Under the pieces are notes generated by a model. The model saw only the letters and a program-made list of their open reading frames with translations, made no database searches and was not told the DNA's origin. Below are positions 8,767 to 15,453 of a stretch of 35,665 nucleotides of DNA, piece after piece. Source of the DNA: Acutalibacteraceae bacterium (lineage in GTDB: Bacteria > Bacillota > Clostridia > Oscillospirales > Acutalibacteraceae); assembly GCA_045122755.1 (NCBI GenBank), contig JBGVHY010000091.1, forward strand, positions 1 to 35,665. Direction: 5' to 3'. The translations under genes and the position numbers were made by a program. How positions within the stretch are numbered: the stretch's first letter is position 1; the number at the start of each line of letters is the position of its first letter.

Positions 8767-8812
8767 CAGGGATAATAAAGTGTCGGTAATTTCGACAGAA
8801 TGGAGATCAAAA

Positions 8813-9052
8813 ATGAAAATTACAGTATGTATAGGTAGTTCATGTCATTTAAAAGGTTCAAGACAGATTGTTGAAGAGTTACAGTATCTTATTAATCAGA
8901 ATAATTTAAAAGAAAAAGTAGAGCTTGCAGGTACTTTTTGTATGGGTAACTGCAAAAACGGCGTATGTGTAACTTTGGATGATAAAGAGTATTCTTTATC
9001 ACCTGAAACTACAAAAGATTTCTTTGAAAAAGAAGTATTGGCAAAGATTTAG
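8813..9052 (+). CDS. Thioredoxin-like [2Fe-2S] ferredoxin-domain protein (79 aa), copy 1
   Basis: Trimmed to the ATG at 8813, with GGAG at 8802-8805. The longer GTG start at 8744 lies inside the palindrome. Cys pattern CIGSSC...CMGNC (Cx4C...Cx3C). Confidence 0.75.
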   Translation: MKITVCIGSSCHLKGSRQIVEELQYLINQNNLKEKVELAGTFCMGNCKNGVCVTLDDKEYSLSPETTKDFFEKEVLAKI

Positions 9053-9063
9053 TTTAATATTTT

Positions 9064-9095
9064 AAAAAATCCGTGTGATTTACACGGATTTTTTA
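9064..9095 (+). terminator. Intrinsic terminator between the two ferredoxin paralogs
   Basis: 8-bp stem atccgtgt/acacggat with loop gattt. It is flanked by A5 upstream and T5 downstream. Confidence 0.75.
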
Positions 9096-9154
9096 AGGCA
9101 AATATCAGAGAAAGGAGCCTTTTTTCGGGATTTTACCTGAAAAATTTATGGAAT

Positions 9155-9406
9155 ATGATTGTTCAGGTTTGTATTGGCAGTTCCTGCCACTTGAAAGGAT
9201 CACACGATATCGTAGATTTAATGAAAGCGGCGGTTGAGGAACACAATCTTTCTGATGAAGTTGTTCTTGCCGGCTCTTTCTGCTGCGGAATGTGCAGCAA
9301 CAGCGGTGTTACCGTTGTAATTGATGATGAAAAAACAAGCGGAGTTACAAAAGAAAATTTCAAAGAATTTTTTGAAAAGAATATTCTACAAAAAGTTTCA
9401 CGCTAA
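9155..9406 (+). CDS. Thioredoxin-like [2Fe-2S] ferredoxin-domain protein (83 aa), copy 2
   Basis: Paralog of 8813-9052. It shares VCIGSSCHLKGS, LAG.FC.G.C and FKEFFEK/KDFFEK. I see no clear SD within 15 nt of the ATG. It ends 14 nt before hydS. Confidence 0.7.
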   Translation: MIVQVCIGSSCHLKGSHDIVDLMKAAVEEHNLSDEVVLAGSFCCGMCSNSGVTVVIDDEKTSGVTKENFKEFFEKNILQKVSR

Positions 9407-9420
9407 GAGGGTAGAAGATT

Positions 9421-11094
9421 ATGGCTGATGTTTTAAAACTAAAAAAGTCTAATTGTAAAAACTGTTATAAATGTATAAGACATTGTCCTGTAAAATCTAT
9501 AAGATTTTCAGGAAACCAGGCGCATATAGTTAATAATGAATGTATTCTGTGCGGTCAGTGTTTTGTTGTCTGCCCGCAGAATGCTAAAGAGATTACCGAT
9601 GAAACAGAAAAGGTTGAGGTTCTTATCCAAAGCGGTGACCCTGTAATTGTTTCGCTCGCACCTTCGTTCGTTGCAAATTATGAGGGTGTCGGTATCGATG
9701 GTATGACAAAGGCGCTTAAAGAGCTCGGATTCTATGATGTTGAGGAAACTGCTATAGGCGCTACTATTGTTAAAAAAGAATATGAAAAAATGATTCATGA
9801 AAAAAAGCAGGATATTATTATCACTTCCTGTTGTCATTCAGTTAACCTGCTTATTCAGAAATATTATCCATTGCAATTGCCGTATCTGGCTGATATAATG
9901 TCACCAATGCAGGCTCATTGCGAGGATATCAGGAAGCGTTATCCTAATGCGAAAACCGTATTTATCGGTCCTTGTGTTGCTAAAAAGGATGAGGCTGAAT
10001 ATTACAAAAGTGCTGATGCAGTACTTACCTTTGAACAGCTTACTGAATGGCTTAAACGAAAGAATATCACACTCGAGAAGAGTTTCATAAAAAAAGAAAA
10101 ATCAAAAGCGAGATTTTTCCCGACTACAGGCGGCGTGCTTAAATCAATGTCGCTTGACAGCGAGGATTATACATATATGGCGATTGACGGTGTTGAAAAC
10201 TGTATCGCCGCTTTGGCTGAAATTGCTACAGGAAAGCTTAAGAATTGCTTTATTGAAATGTCGGCTTGCCATGGCTCATGTATCGGCGGACCGGTTATGG
10301 AAAAATATCATAACAGCTTGGTTCAGGATTACATAGCTGTTTCAAAGAGCGCAGGCGAAGAAGATTTCGATGTTGAAATGCCGAAGTCTTCCGAACTTAA
10401 AAAGAGCTTCGAGTCTATTCCTAAAAAGCTTACTATGCCTTCGGAAATAGAAGTTAAAGAAATTCTTAAAAAAATGGGTAAACAAAAGGCAGAAGATGAG
10501 CTTAATTGCGGCTCCTGCGGTTACAACACCTGCAGAGAAAAGGCAATTGCTATTTATCAGGGCAAGGCTGACCATTCTATGTGTCTGCCGTTCTTAAAAG
10601 ATAAAGCCGAGAGTTTTTCTGATACAATTATCAACAACACTCCTAACGGAATCGTTGTGCTTAATGACCAACTCGAAGTTCAACAGATTAACCGCTCAGC
10701 GCTTAAGATTATGAATATCGCCAGAGCGTCTGATGTGCTTGGCGAACAGGTTATCAGAATTCTTGACCCGAAAGTGTTTATTGATGTTCAGACCACGGGC
10801 AGAAGTATTCATGATGAGCTTGTTTATCTTGCTGAGTATGACAAGTATGTTGAGCAGACAGTTATTTATGATAAAGAGTATAAGAGCGTTATGTGCTTAA
10901 TGCGTGATGTTACTGACGAGCAGAACGAACGCAAAAAGAAAGAGTCTATAAGTATGCAAACGGTTGAGATTGCCGACAAGGTGGTTGACAAACAGATGCG
11001 TATTGTTCAGGAAATTGCGTCACTCCTTGGTGAAACTGCAGCAGAAACAAAAATTGCGCTTACAAAACTAAAGGAGTCGATTTCTGATGAATAA
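9421..11094 (+). CDS. hydS: Sensory-type [FeFe]-hydrogenase-like protein with C-terminal PAS domain (HydS/HfsB-like, group C)
   Basis: 557 aa. N-terminal 2x[4Fe-4S] motifs CKNCYKCIRHCP and CILCGQCFVVCP. H-cluster motifs TSCCHS, GPCVAKKDE and EMSACHGSCIGGP. An extra Cx2Cx4Cx16C motif (CGSCGYNTC...C). PAS-like region from about aa 398 to 497, then a C-terminal helical tail. Confidence 0.85.
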   Translation: MADVLKLKKSNCKNCYKCIRHCPVKSIRFSGNQAHIVNNECILCGQCFVVCPQNAKEITDETEKVEVLIQSGDPVIVSLAPSFVANYEGVGIDGMTKALKELGFYDVEETAIGATIVKKEYEKMIHEKKQDIIITSCCHSVNLLIQKYYPLQLPYLADIMSPMQAHCEDIRKRYPNAKTVFIGPCVAKKDEAEYYKSADAVLTFEQLTEWLKRKNITLEKSFIKKEKSKARFFPTTGGVLKSMSLDSEDYTYMAIDGVENCIAALAEIATGKLKNCFIEMSACHGSCIGGPVMEKYHNSLVQDYIAVSKSAGEEDFDVEMPKSSELKKSFESIPKKLTMPSEIEVKEILKKMGKQKAEDELNCGSCGYNTCREKAIAIYQGKADHSMCLPFLKDKAESFSDTIINNTPNGIVVLNDQLEVQQINRSALKIMNIARASDVLGEQVIRILDPKVFIDVQTTGRSIHDELVYLAEYDKYVEQTVIYDKEYKSVMCLMRDVTDEQNERKKKESISMQTVEIADKVVDKQMRIVQEIASLLGETAAETKIALTKLKESISDE

Positions 11095-12259
11095 TCTATG
11101 TGCAGATATCGGCTACCACAGCCTTATAAAACATGGCGAGCAGTTGTGCGGCGACCATATTGACGTTATCGAGCAGAATGAAAATTCTACCGTTATCGTT
11201 TTAGCTGACGGCTTGGGAAGCGGTGTTAAGGCGAGCATTTTGTCAACTCTTACTTCAAAAATCATTTCAACAATGGTTGCTGAAGGATTGTCGGTTGAGG
11301 ATTGCGTTAAAACAATTGCCGCTACTCTGCCTGTTTGCTCAGTTAGAGGCGTTGCTTACTCAACCTTTACTATTATTCATCTTATCAATAATGATGAGGC
11401 TGAGATAATTCAGTATGATAACCCGCAGGTAATACTTCTTCGTGACGGAAAAAATTACGATTATCCGAAAACCGAAATGAATATCGACGGCAAGTCGATA
11501 TTCACCAGCCGCATAAAGCTTCAGGAAAATGATATTTTCATTGCAATGAGCGACGGATGTATTCACGCCGGTGTTGGAATGGCGCTTAATTTCGGTTGGG
11601 AAAGAGATAACATCATTGAGTTTATGGAAACTTTCTATGATGTAGGCTTTACCGCTAAAACTCTTTCGACTATATTGCTTGATGAGTGTTACAAGCTTTA
11701 CGGCAACAAGCCGGGTGATGACACTACCGTTTGTACAGTTAAAATCAGAGAGCGCAAACCGCTTAATATGCTTTTTGGTCCGCCTTCTGACAGAAACGAC
11801 GCTAACAAAATGATGTCGCTTTTCTTCTCAAAAGAAGGTAAGCATATAATCAGCGGTGGTACAACTTCTTCAATTGCGGCTTCATTTCTTAAAAAGCCGC
11901 TTGAACCAAGTCTAGAGTTTGTTGACCCTGAGATTCCGCCGATTGCGCATATTGATGGTGTTGACCTTGTAACCGAAGGTGTAATCACTGTAAATAAGGT
12001 TGTCGAATATGCAAAAGATTACCTTGATGATAATGACTCTTATAAGCAGTGGAGCTACAAGCAGGACGGCGCTTCAATGATAAGCCGATTGCTTTTTGAA
12101 GAGGCCACCGACATCAACTTCTTTGTAGGCAGGGCGGTAAACCCAGCGCATCAAAATCCTGATCTGCCGATAAATTTCAATATCAAGATGAATCTTGTTA
12201 CCGAATTGTCCGAGTGCCTTAAAAAGATGGGCAAAAGAATCAAAGTAAGTTATTTCTAA
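11087..12259 (+). CDS. SpoIIE/PP2C-family serine phosphatase with an extra C-terminal domain of about 160 aa
   Basis: 390 aa. It overlaps the hydS stop by 8 nt (ATGAATAA). PP2C motifs VLADGLGSGVKASI, MSDGCIHAG and GDDTTVCTVKI. I cannot assign a family to the C-terminal half. Confidence 0.8.
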   Translation: MNNLCADIGYHSLIKHGEQLCGDHIDVIEQNENSTVIVLADGLGSGVKASILSTLTSKIISTMVAEGLSVEDCVKTIAATLPVCSVRGVAYSTFTIIHLINNDEAEIIQYDNPQVILLRDGKNYDYPKTEMNIDGKSIFTSRIKLQENDIFIAMSDGCIHAGVGMALNFGWERDNIIEFMETFYDVGFTAKTLSTILLDECYKLYGNKPGDDTTVCTVKIRERKPLNMLFGPPSDRNDANKMMSLFFSKEGKHIISGGTTSSIAASFLKKPLEPSLEFVDPEIPPIAHIDGVDLVTEGVITVNKVVEYAKDYLDDNDSYKQWSYKQDGASMISRLLFEEATDINFFVGRAVNPAHQNPDLPINFNIKMNLVTELSECLKKMGKRIKVSYF

Positions 12260-12277
12260 ATAAAAAAGGGGATACCT

Positions 12278-13699
12278 ATGAGAAAATTTGATACTAAAGT
12301 ACAGTATTTAAAATACAAGGTACTTCGTGAAGTAGCACGTCAGGCTTGGAATGATACCTTGCTTGATAAGCTTCTTGAAATACCGAAAATCATTGTTCCG
12401 GGTAATACGCCTACAATGAGATGCTGCGTTTATAAGGAACGCGCTATTCTTGGCGAACGTGTGAAAATTGCTATGGGCGGCGATAAGAATAACCCGAATG
12501 TTATCGAGGTTATCAGCATTGCCTGTGATGAATGTCCTGTTGGCGGTTACGAAGTAACAGGCGCTTGCCGTGGTTGTCTTGCGCACCGTTGTGAAGATGT
12601 TTGCCCGAGAGGTGCTATTTCATTCGACCATAATCACGTTGCGCATATTGATAAATCAAAATGCGTTGAGTGTGGTAGATGTGCTCAGGTTTGTCCGTAC
12701 AGCGCGATTGGTAATAACAAACGTCCTTGCGAACGTGCTTGTAAAATCGGCGCTATTTCAATGGACGAAACAAAGGCTGCAAGCATTGATAACAGCAAAT
12801 GTATCTCTTGCGGTGCTTGCGTTTATCAGTGTCCGTTCGGCGCGATTACCGATAAGTCATTTATTCTTAATGTAATTGATGATATCAAAAAAAGCGAGAA
12901 CAACAAGAAATACAAGGTTTATGCAGTTGTTGCGCCTTCTATTTCTTCACAGTTCCAGTATGCAAATTTAGGTCAGGTTATCACAGGAATAAAAGAGCTT
13001 GGCTTCCACACAGTTATTGAGGCAGCACTCGGCGCTGATATGGTAGCAATGAAAGAGGCTAAGGAGTTAGCTGAAAAAGGCTTTCTTACAAGCTCATGTT
13101 GCCCTGCATTCGTTAAATATATCGAAACTCAGTTCCCACAGATGGTAGAGCATATTTCGCACAACCTCTCACCAATGGCTGAGCTTGCAAAATATATTAA
13201 GGAAACCGACCCTACAGCAAAGGTTATATTTATCGGACCTTGTACTGCTAAAAAGATGGAGTTCCAGAAAGAGAATATTCATGAATATGTTGACAGCGTA
13301 ATTACTTTCGAGGAATTGCAGGCGCTCTTTGACAGCAAGGATTTGGATATTACAACTCTTGAGGAAGGCGTACTTGATAACGCTTCTTACTACGGCAGAA
13401 TTTTTGCCCGCAGCGGCGGTCTTTCTGATTCTGTTGTTCAGGCACTTAAAGAGCAGGAAATCGACTTTGAAGTCAAGGCTGAGGTCTGCGATGGAATTGA
13501 GCAGTGCAAGATGGCACTTCTTAAAGCATCAAAGGGTGTGTTGCCGGCTAACTTTATCGAGGGTATGTCTTGTATCGGCGGTTGTATCGGCGGTGCAGGT
13601 TGCTTAACTCACGGCGCTAAGGATAAGGCTGAGGTTGACAAATACGGCAAAGAGGCTATGGAAAAGACTATCAGCGATGCTATAAGCATTATTCAGTAA
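12278..13699 (+). CDS. hydA: Monomeric [FeFe]-hydrogenase (group B-like, HydA2/HfsD-like)
   Basis: 473 aa with SD GGGGA upstream. Cys-rich N-terminus with several [4Fe-4S] motifs (CVECGRCAQVCP, CISCGACVYQCP). H-cluster motifs TSSCCPAF, GPCTAKKME and EGMSCIGGCIGGAGC. Confidence 0.88.
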   Translation: MRKFDTKVQYLKYKVLREVARQAWNDTLLDKLLEIPKIIVPGNTPTMRCCVYKERAILGERVKIAMGGDKNNPNVIEVISIACDECPVGGYEVTGACRGCLAHRCEDVCPRGAISFDHNHVAHIDKSKCVECGRCAQVCPYSAIGNNKRPCERACKIGAISMDETKAASIDNSKCISCGACVYQCPFGAITDKSFILNVIDDIKKSENNKKYKVYAVVAPSISSQFQYANLGQVITGIKELGFHTVIEAALGADMVAMKEAKELAEKGFLTSSCCPAFVKYIETQFPQMVEHISHNLSPMAELAKYIKETDPTAKVIFIGPCTAKKMEFQKENIHEYVDSVITFEELQALFDSKDLDITTLEEGVLDNASYYGRIFARSGGLSDSVVQALKEQEIDFEVKAEVCDGIEQCKMALLKASKGVLPANFIEGMSCIGGCIGGAGCLTHGAKDKAEVDKYGKEAMEKTISDAISIIQ

Positions 13700-13766
13700 A
13701 AGTTTAATTAATTGTATAAATAGATTAAATTTGCTTTTTTCATTTTATGTTTCTCTATATTATAAA

Positions 13767-13802
13767 AGAAGTACCGCAGTTTGTCTGCGGTACTTCTTTT
13801 TT
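13767..13802 (+). terminator. Intrinsic terminator of hydA (repeat copy 1)
   Basis: Perfect 13-bp stem agaagtaccgcag/ctgcggtacttct with loop tttgt, followed by T-run tttttt. Confidence 0.9.
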
Positions 13803-13816
13803 GTATAATTTTAAAA

Positions 13817-13851
13817 AAATAGGTTGAATTTATCCTATTTTTGTGTATAAT
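13817..13851 (+). promoter_or_regulatory. Candidate phd-doc promoter (TTGAAT-16-TATAAT) with overlapping inverted repeat
   Basis: TTGAAT at 13824-13829 and TATAAT at 13846-13851. The inverted repeat aaatagg (13817-13823) / cctattt (13834-13840) flanks the -35 element, where an antitoxin autoregulation operator would be expected. Confidence 0.5.
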
Positions 13852-13871
13852 AAAATCAGGAGGCGATTATA

Positions 13872-14114
13872 ATGACAATTAATACAAAAAATCTGGTTTC
13901 TATTACAGAAGCAAATCAGAACTTTTCAAAAGTAGCGAGAATGGTGGACGAAAATGGAGCGGCTGTTATTTTGAAAAACAATGTGCCTCGTTATCTTATA
14001 ATTGAATTTGAACAAGCCGAAAAAGAGCAGACTGCTTTAAACGAAGATGTTATGACAATTTCAAAAAGGCTCATTGAAAAAAACAAAGAGGCATATGAGG
14101 TATTATCTAAATGA
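13872..14114 (+). CDS. phd: Phd/YefM-family type II antitoxin
   Basis: 80 aa. The N-terminus LVSITEANQNFSKVARMVDENGAAVILKNNVPRYLIIEF is typical of Phd/YefM. A 4-nt ATGA overlap joins it to the downstream Doc gene. SD AGGAGG is upstream. Confidence 0.85.
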   Translation: MTINTKNLVSITEANQNFSKVARMVDENGAAVILKNNVPRYLIIEFEQAEKEQTALNEDVMTISKRLIEKNKEAYEVLSK

Positions 14115-14488
14115 AAATACTGACAAAAGAGCAGATTTTGTTCCTTCATAGCGAGCTCGTTAAACACACAGGCGGACAGGATGGGTTGCGCGATGAAGCT
14201 CTGCTTGACTCAGCTATAAGTGCACCGTTTCAATCGTTTGACGGAATTGATACGTTTCCGTCAATACAACAAAAAGCAGCAAGATTGGGTTACGGTCTGA
14301 TAAAGAATCACGCTTTTATTGATGGTAACAAGAGAATAGGTGCTCATAGTATGCTTGTGTTTTTGAGTTTGAACGGCATTGAGCTTGAATATACGCAGGT
14401 AGAGTTATATACAATTATACTTGATATTGCATCAGGAAAAAAGAATTTTGAAGATTTGTTAAAATGGATAATTGAACATCAGATATAA
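14111..14488 (+). CDS. doc: Doc (death-on-curing) Fic-fold toxin
   Basis: 125 aa. Fic/Doc active-site motif HAFIDGNKRIG. It is translationally coupled to phd. Confidence 0.9.
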   Translation: MKILTKEQILFLHSELVKHTGGQDGLRDEALLDSAISAPFQSFDGIDTFPSIQQKAARLGYGLIKNHAFIDGNKRIGAHSMLVFLSLNGIELEYTQVELYTIILDIASGKKNFEDLLKWIIEHQI

Positions 14489-14489
14489 G

Positions 14490-14524
14490 AGAAGTACCGC
14501 AGTTTGTCTGCGGTACTTCTTTTT
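14490..14524 (+). terminator. Intrinsic terminator after doc (repeat copy 2, identical to 13767-13801)
   Basis: agaagtaccgcagtttgtctgcggtacttcttttt is identical over 35 nt to the hydA terminator 723 bp upstream. It starts 1 nt after the doc stop codon. Confidence 0.9.
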
Positions 14525-14652
14525 GTAATACTTTTTATGATGTTTGATATGATTTTAAAATAGTTTATTTGAAAAATGACATATTTCAAGCTTATTTTAG
14601 ATAAAAATCATTAGTTTTTATACAACTTGCATAAAATATTTATTGAAATTTC

Positions 14653-14661
14653 TGTTATAAT
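14653..14661 (+). promoter_or_regulatory. Candidate extended -10 promoter (TGTTATAAT), distal S10-operon promoter
   Basis: TGnTATAAT at 14653-14661. There is no good -35 at 17-nt spacing. Confidence 0.35.
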
Positions 14662-14700
14662 GCGCAAAACGTAGAAATTTACGCGCATACAAACTTTTTC

Positions 14701-14729
14701 TTGCAATACTTGACTATTTATGTTATTAT
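14701..14729 (+). promoter_or_regulatory. Candidate sigma-A promoter of the S10 operon (TTGCAA-17-TATTAT with TGn)
   Basis: TTGCAA at 14701-14706, a 17-nt spacer, TATTAT at 14724-14729, preceded by TGT. The same tgttattatatt string recurs in the promoter at 35654-35665. Confidence 0.5.
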
Positions 14730-14735
14730 ATTTAG

Positions 14736-15051
14736 GCGCGAGATATGCGCATACATGCGTTGAAGCAGGAGGTGGCCGCTCTTTGAAGCGGGAAATTTCT
14801 GCCGAGTATGTCCGATTTTAAACCGGGCGAAATTATACTGTTTAAAAGTATTTTCCTTATGTCTTAATACAAGGCAATCGGGCTTTGTTAATGGGGCGTA
14901 AAGGAACTTTAGCCGGACCCGGGAACTGCACGAGGTGTGCTGATTTCCGGTTTTATGTTGGAAAAACGTGAAACACCCGGCTGAGGGTTAACGACAAAAA
15001 CAGTATGTCACTGCCCGCCGCCAGTAAATTTTTATAGGAGGCGTTAAAGCT
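14736..15051 (+). promoter_or_regulatory. Long (about 315 nt) structured 5' leader of rpsJ with a terminator-like hairpin
   Basis: The segment has no ORF and is visibly more G+C-rich than the AT-rich spacer upstream. The hairpin's outer stem pairs 14919-14925 with 14944-14950 (7 bp, one G-U). The inner stem pairs 14928-14931 with 14937-14940. It is followed by tttta at 14951-14955. SD AGGAGG is at 15036-15041. Confidence 0.45.
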
Positions 15052-15360
15052 ATGGCAAAGGAAAAAATCAGAATCAGAATCAAAAGTTACGACCACGTTT
15101 TAGTTGACAAGTCAGCTGAAAAGATCGTCGAAACTGCGAAGCGCACAGGTGCTAGAGTATCAGGCCCTATTCCGCTTCCGACAGAGAGGGAAGTTGTTAC
15201 AATCCTCCGCGCTGTTCATAAATATAAAGACAGCCGTGAGCAGTTCGAAACAAGAACTCATAAGAGATTGATCGACATTCTTCGTCCGTCAAACAAGACA
15301 GTAGAGGCTTTACAGAGCCTTGAATTACCTGCCGGCGTTGATATCGAAATCAACCTTTAA
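15052..15360 (+). CDS. rpsJ: 30S ribosomal protein S10
   Basis: 102 aa, [15 protein letters not shown]... First gene of the canonical S10 operon order. Confidence 0.97.
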   Translation: MAKEKIRIRIKSYDHVLVDKSAEKIVETAKRTGARVSGPIPLPTEREVVTILRAVHKYKDSREQFETRTHKRLIDILRPSNKTVEALQSLELPAGVDIEINL

Positions 15361-15453
15361 TCAAAAGTTACTCTTGATTTAAGGTATTCCGATTAAACGC
15401 TTACAAGGTCATGTTGGTGAAAACCAACCAATAACCATAAGGAGGAAAAAGAT

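Noticed and set aside
8744-8812. 23-codon N-terminal extension of the first ferredoxin ORF
   Set aside because: It starts at a GTG inside the 34-bp palindrome and has no SD. The ATG at 8813 has GGAG 8 nt upstream, and that start aligns with the paralog (MIVQVCIGSSCHLKGS).
9148-9240. Alternative small ORF from the ATG at 9148 (MEYDCSGLYWQF...) upstream of and overlapping ferredoxin copy 2
   Set aside because: It is out of frame with the conserved ferredoxin sequence, has no SD, and its translation has no recognisable features.
13803-14489. Calling the TA cassette a mobile element
   Set aside because: No transposase, integrase, terminal inverted repeats or tRNA attachment site is visible. Only the flanking direct repeats suggest mobility. 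It is reported as a finding and not annotated as a mobile element.
14886-14903. TTGTTAA half-site in the S10 leader as a second Rex box
   Set aside because: There is no TTAACAA partner at the required 4-nt spacing (the sequence reads TTGTTAATGGGGCGTAAA).
14736-15051. Possibility that the GC-richer segment upstream of rpsJ is a housekeeping ncRNA gene (SRP/4.5S, 6S, tmRNA, RNase P) or a T-box
   Set aside because: I could not find the hallmark motifs. These would be the SRP domain IV GGAA/AGCA pattern, the tmRNA GGGG...CCA ends with a T-arm, the RNase P AGGAAAGUCC and ACAGAA motifs, or the T-box AGAGA/GGUGGUACCGCG sequence. The segment runs straight into the rpsJ SD, so I treat it as a leader. 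Only a covariance-model scan could settle this.
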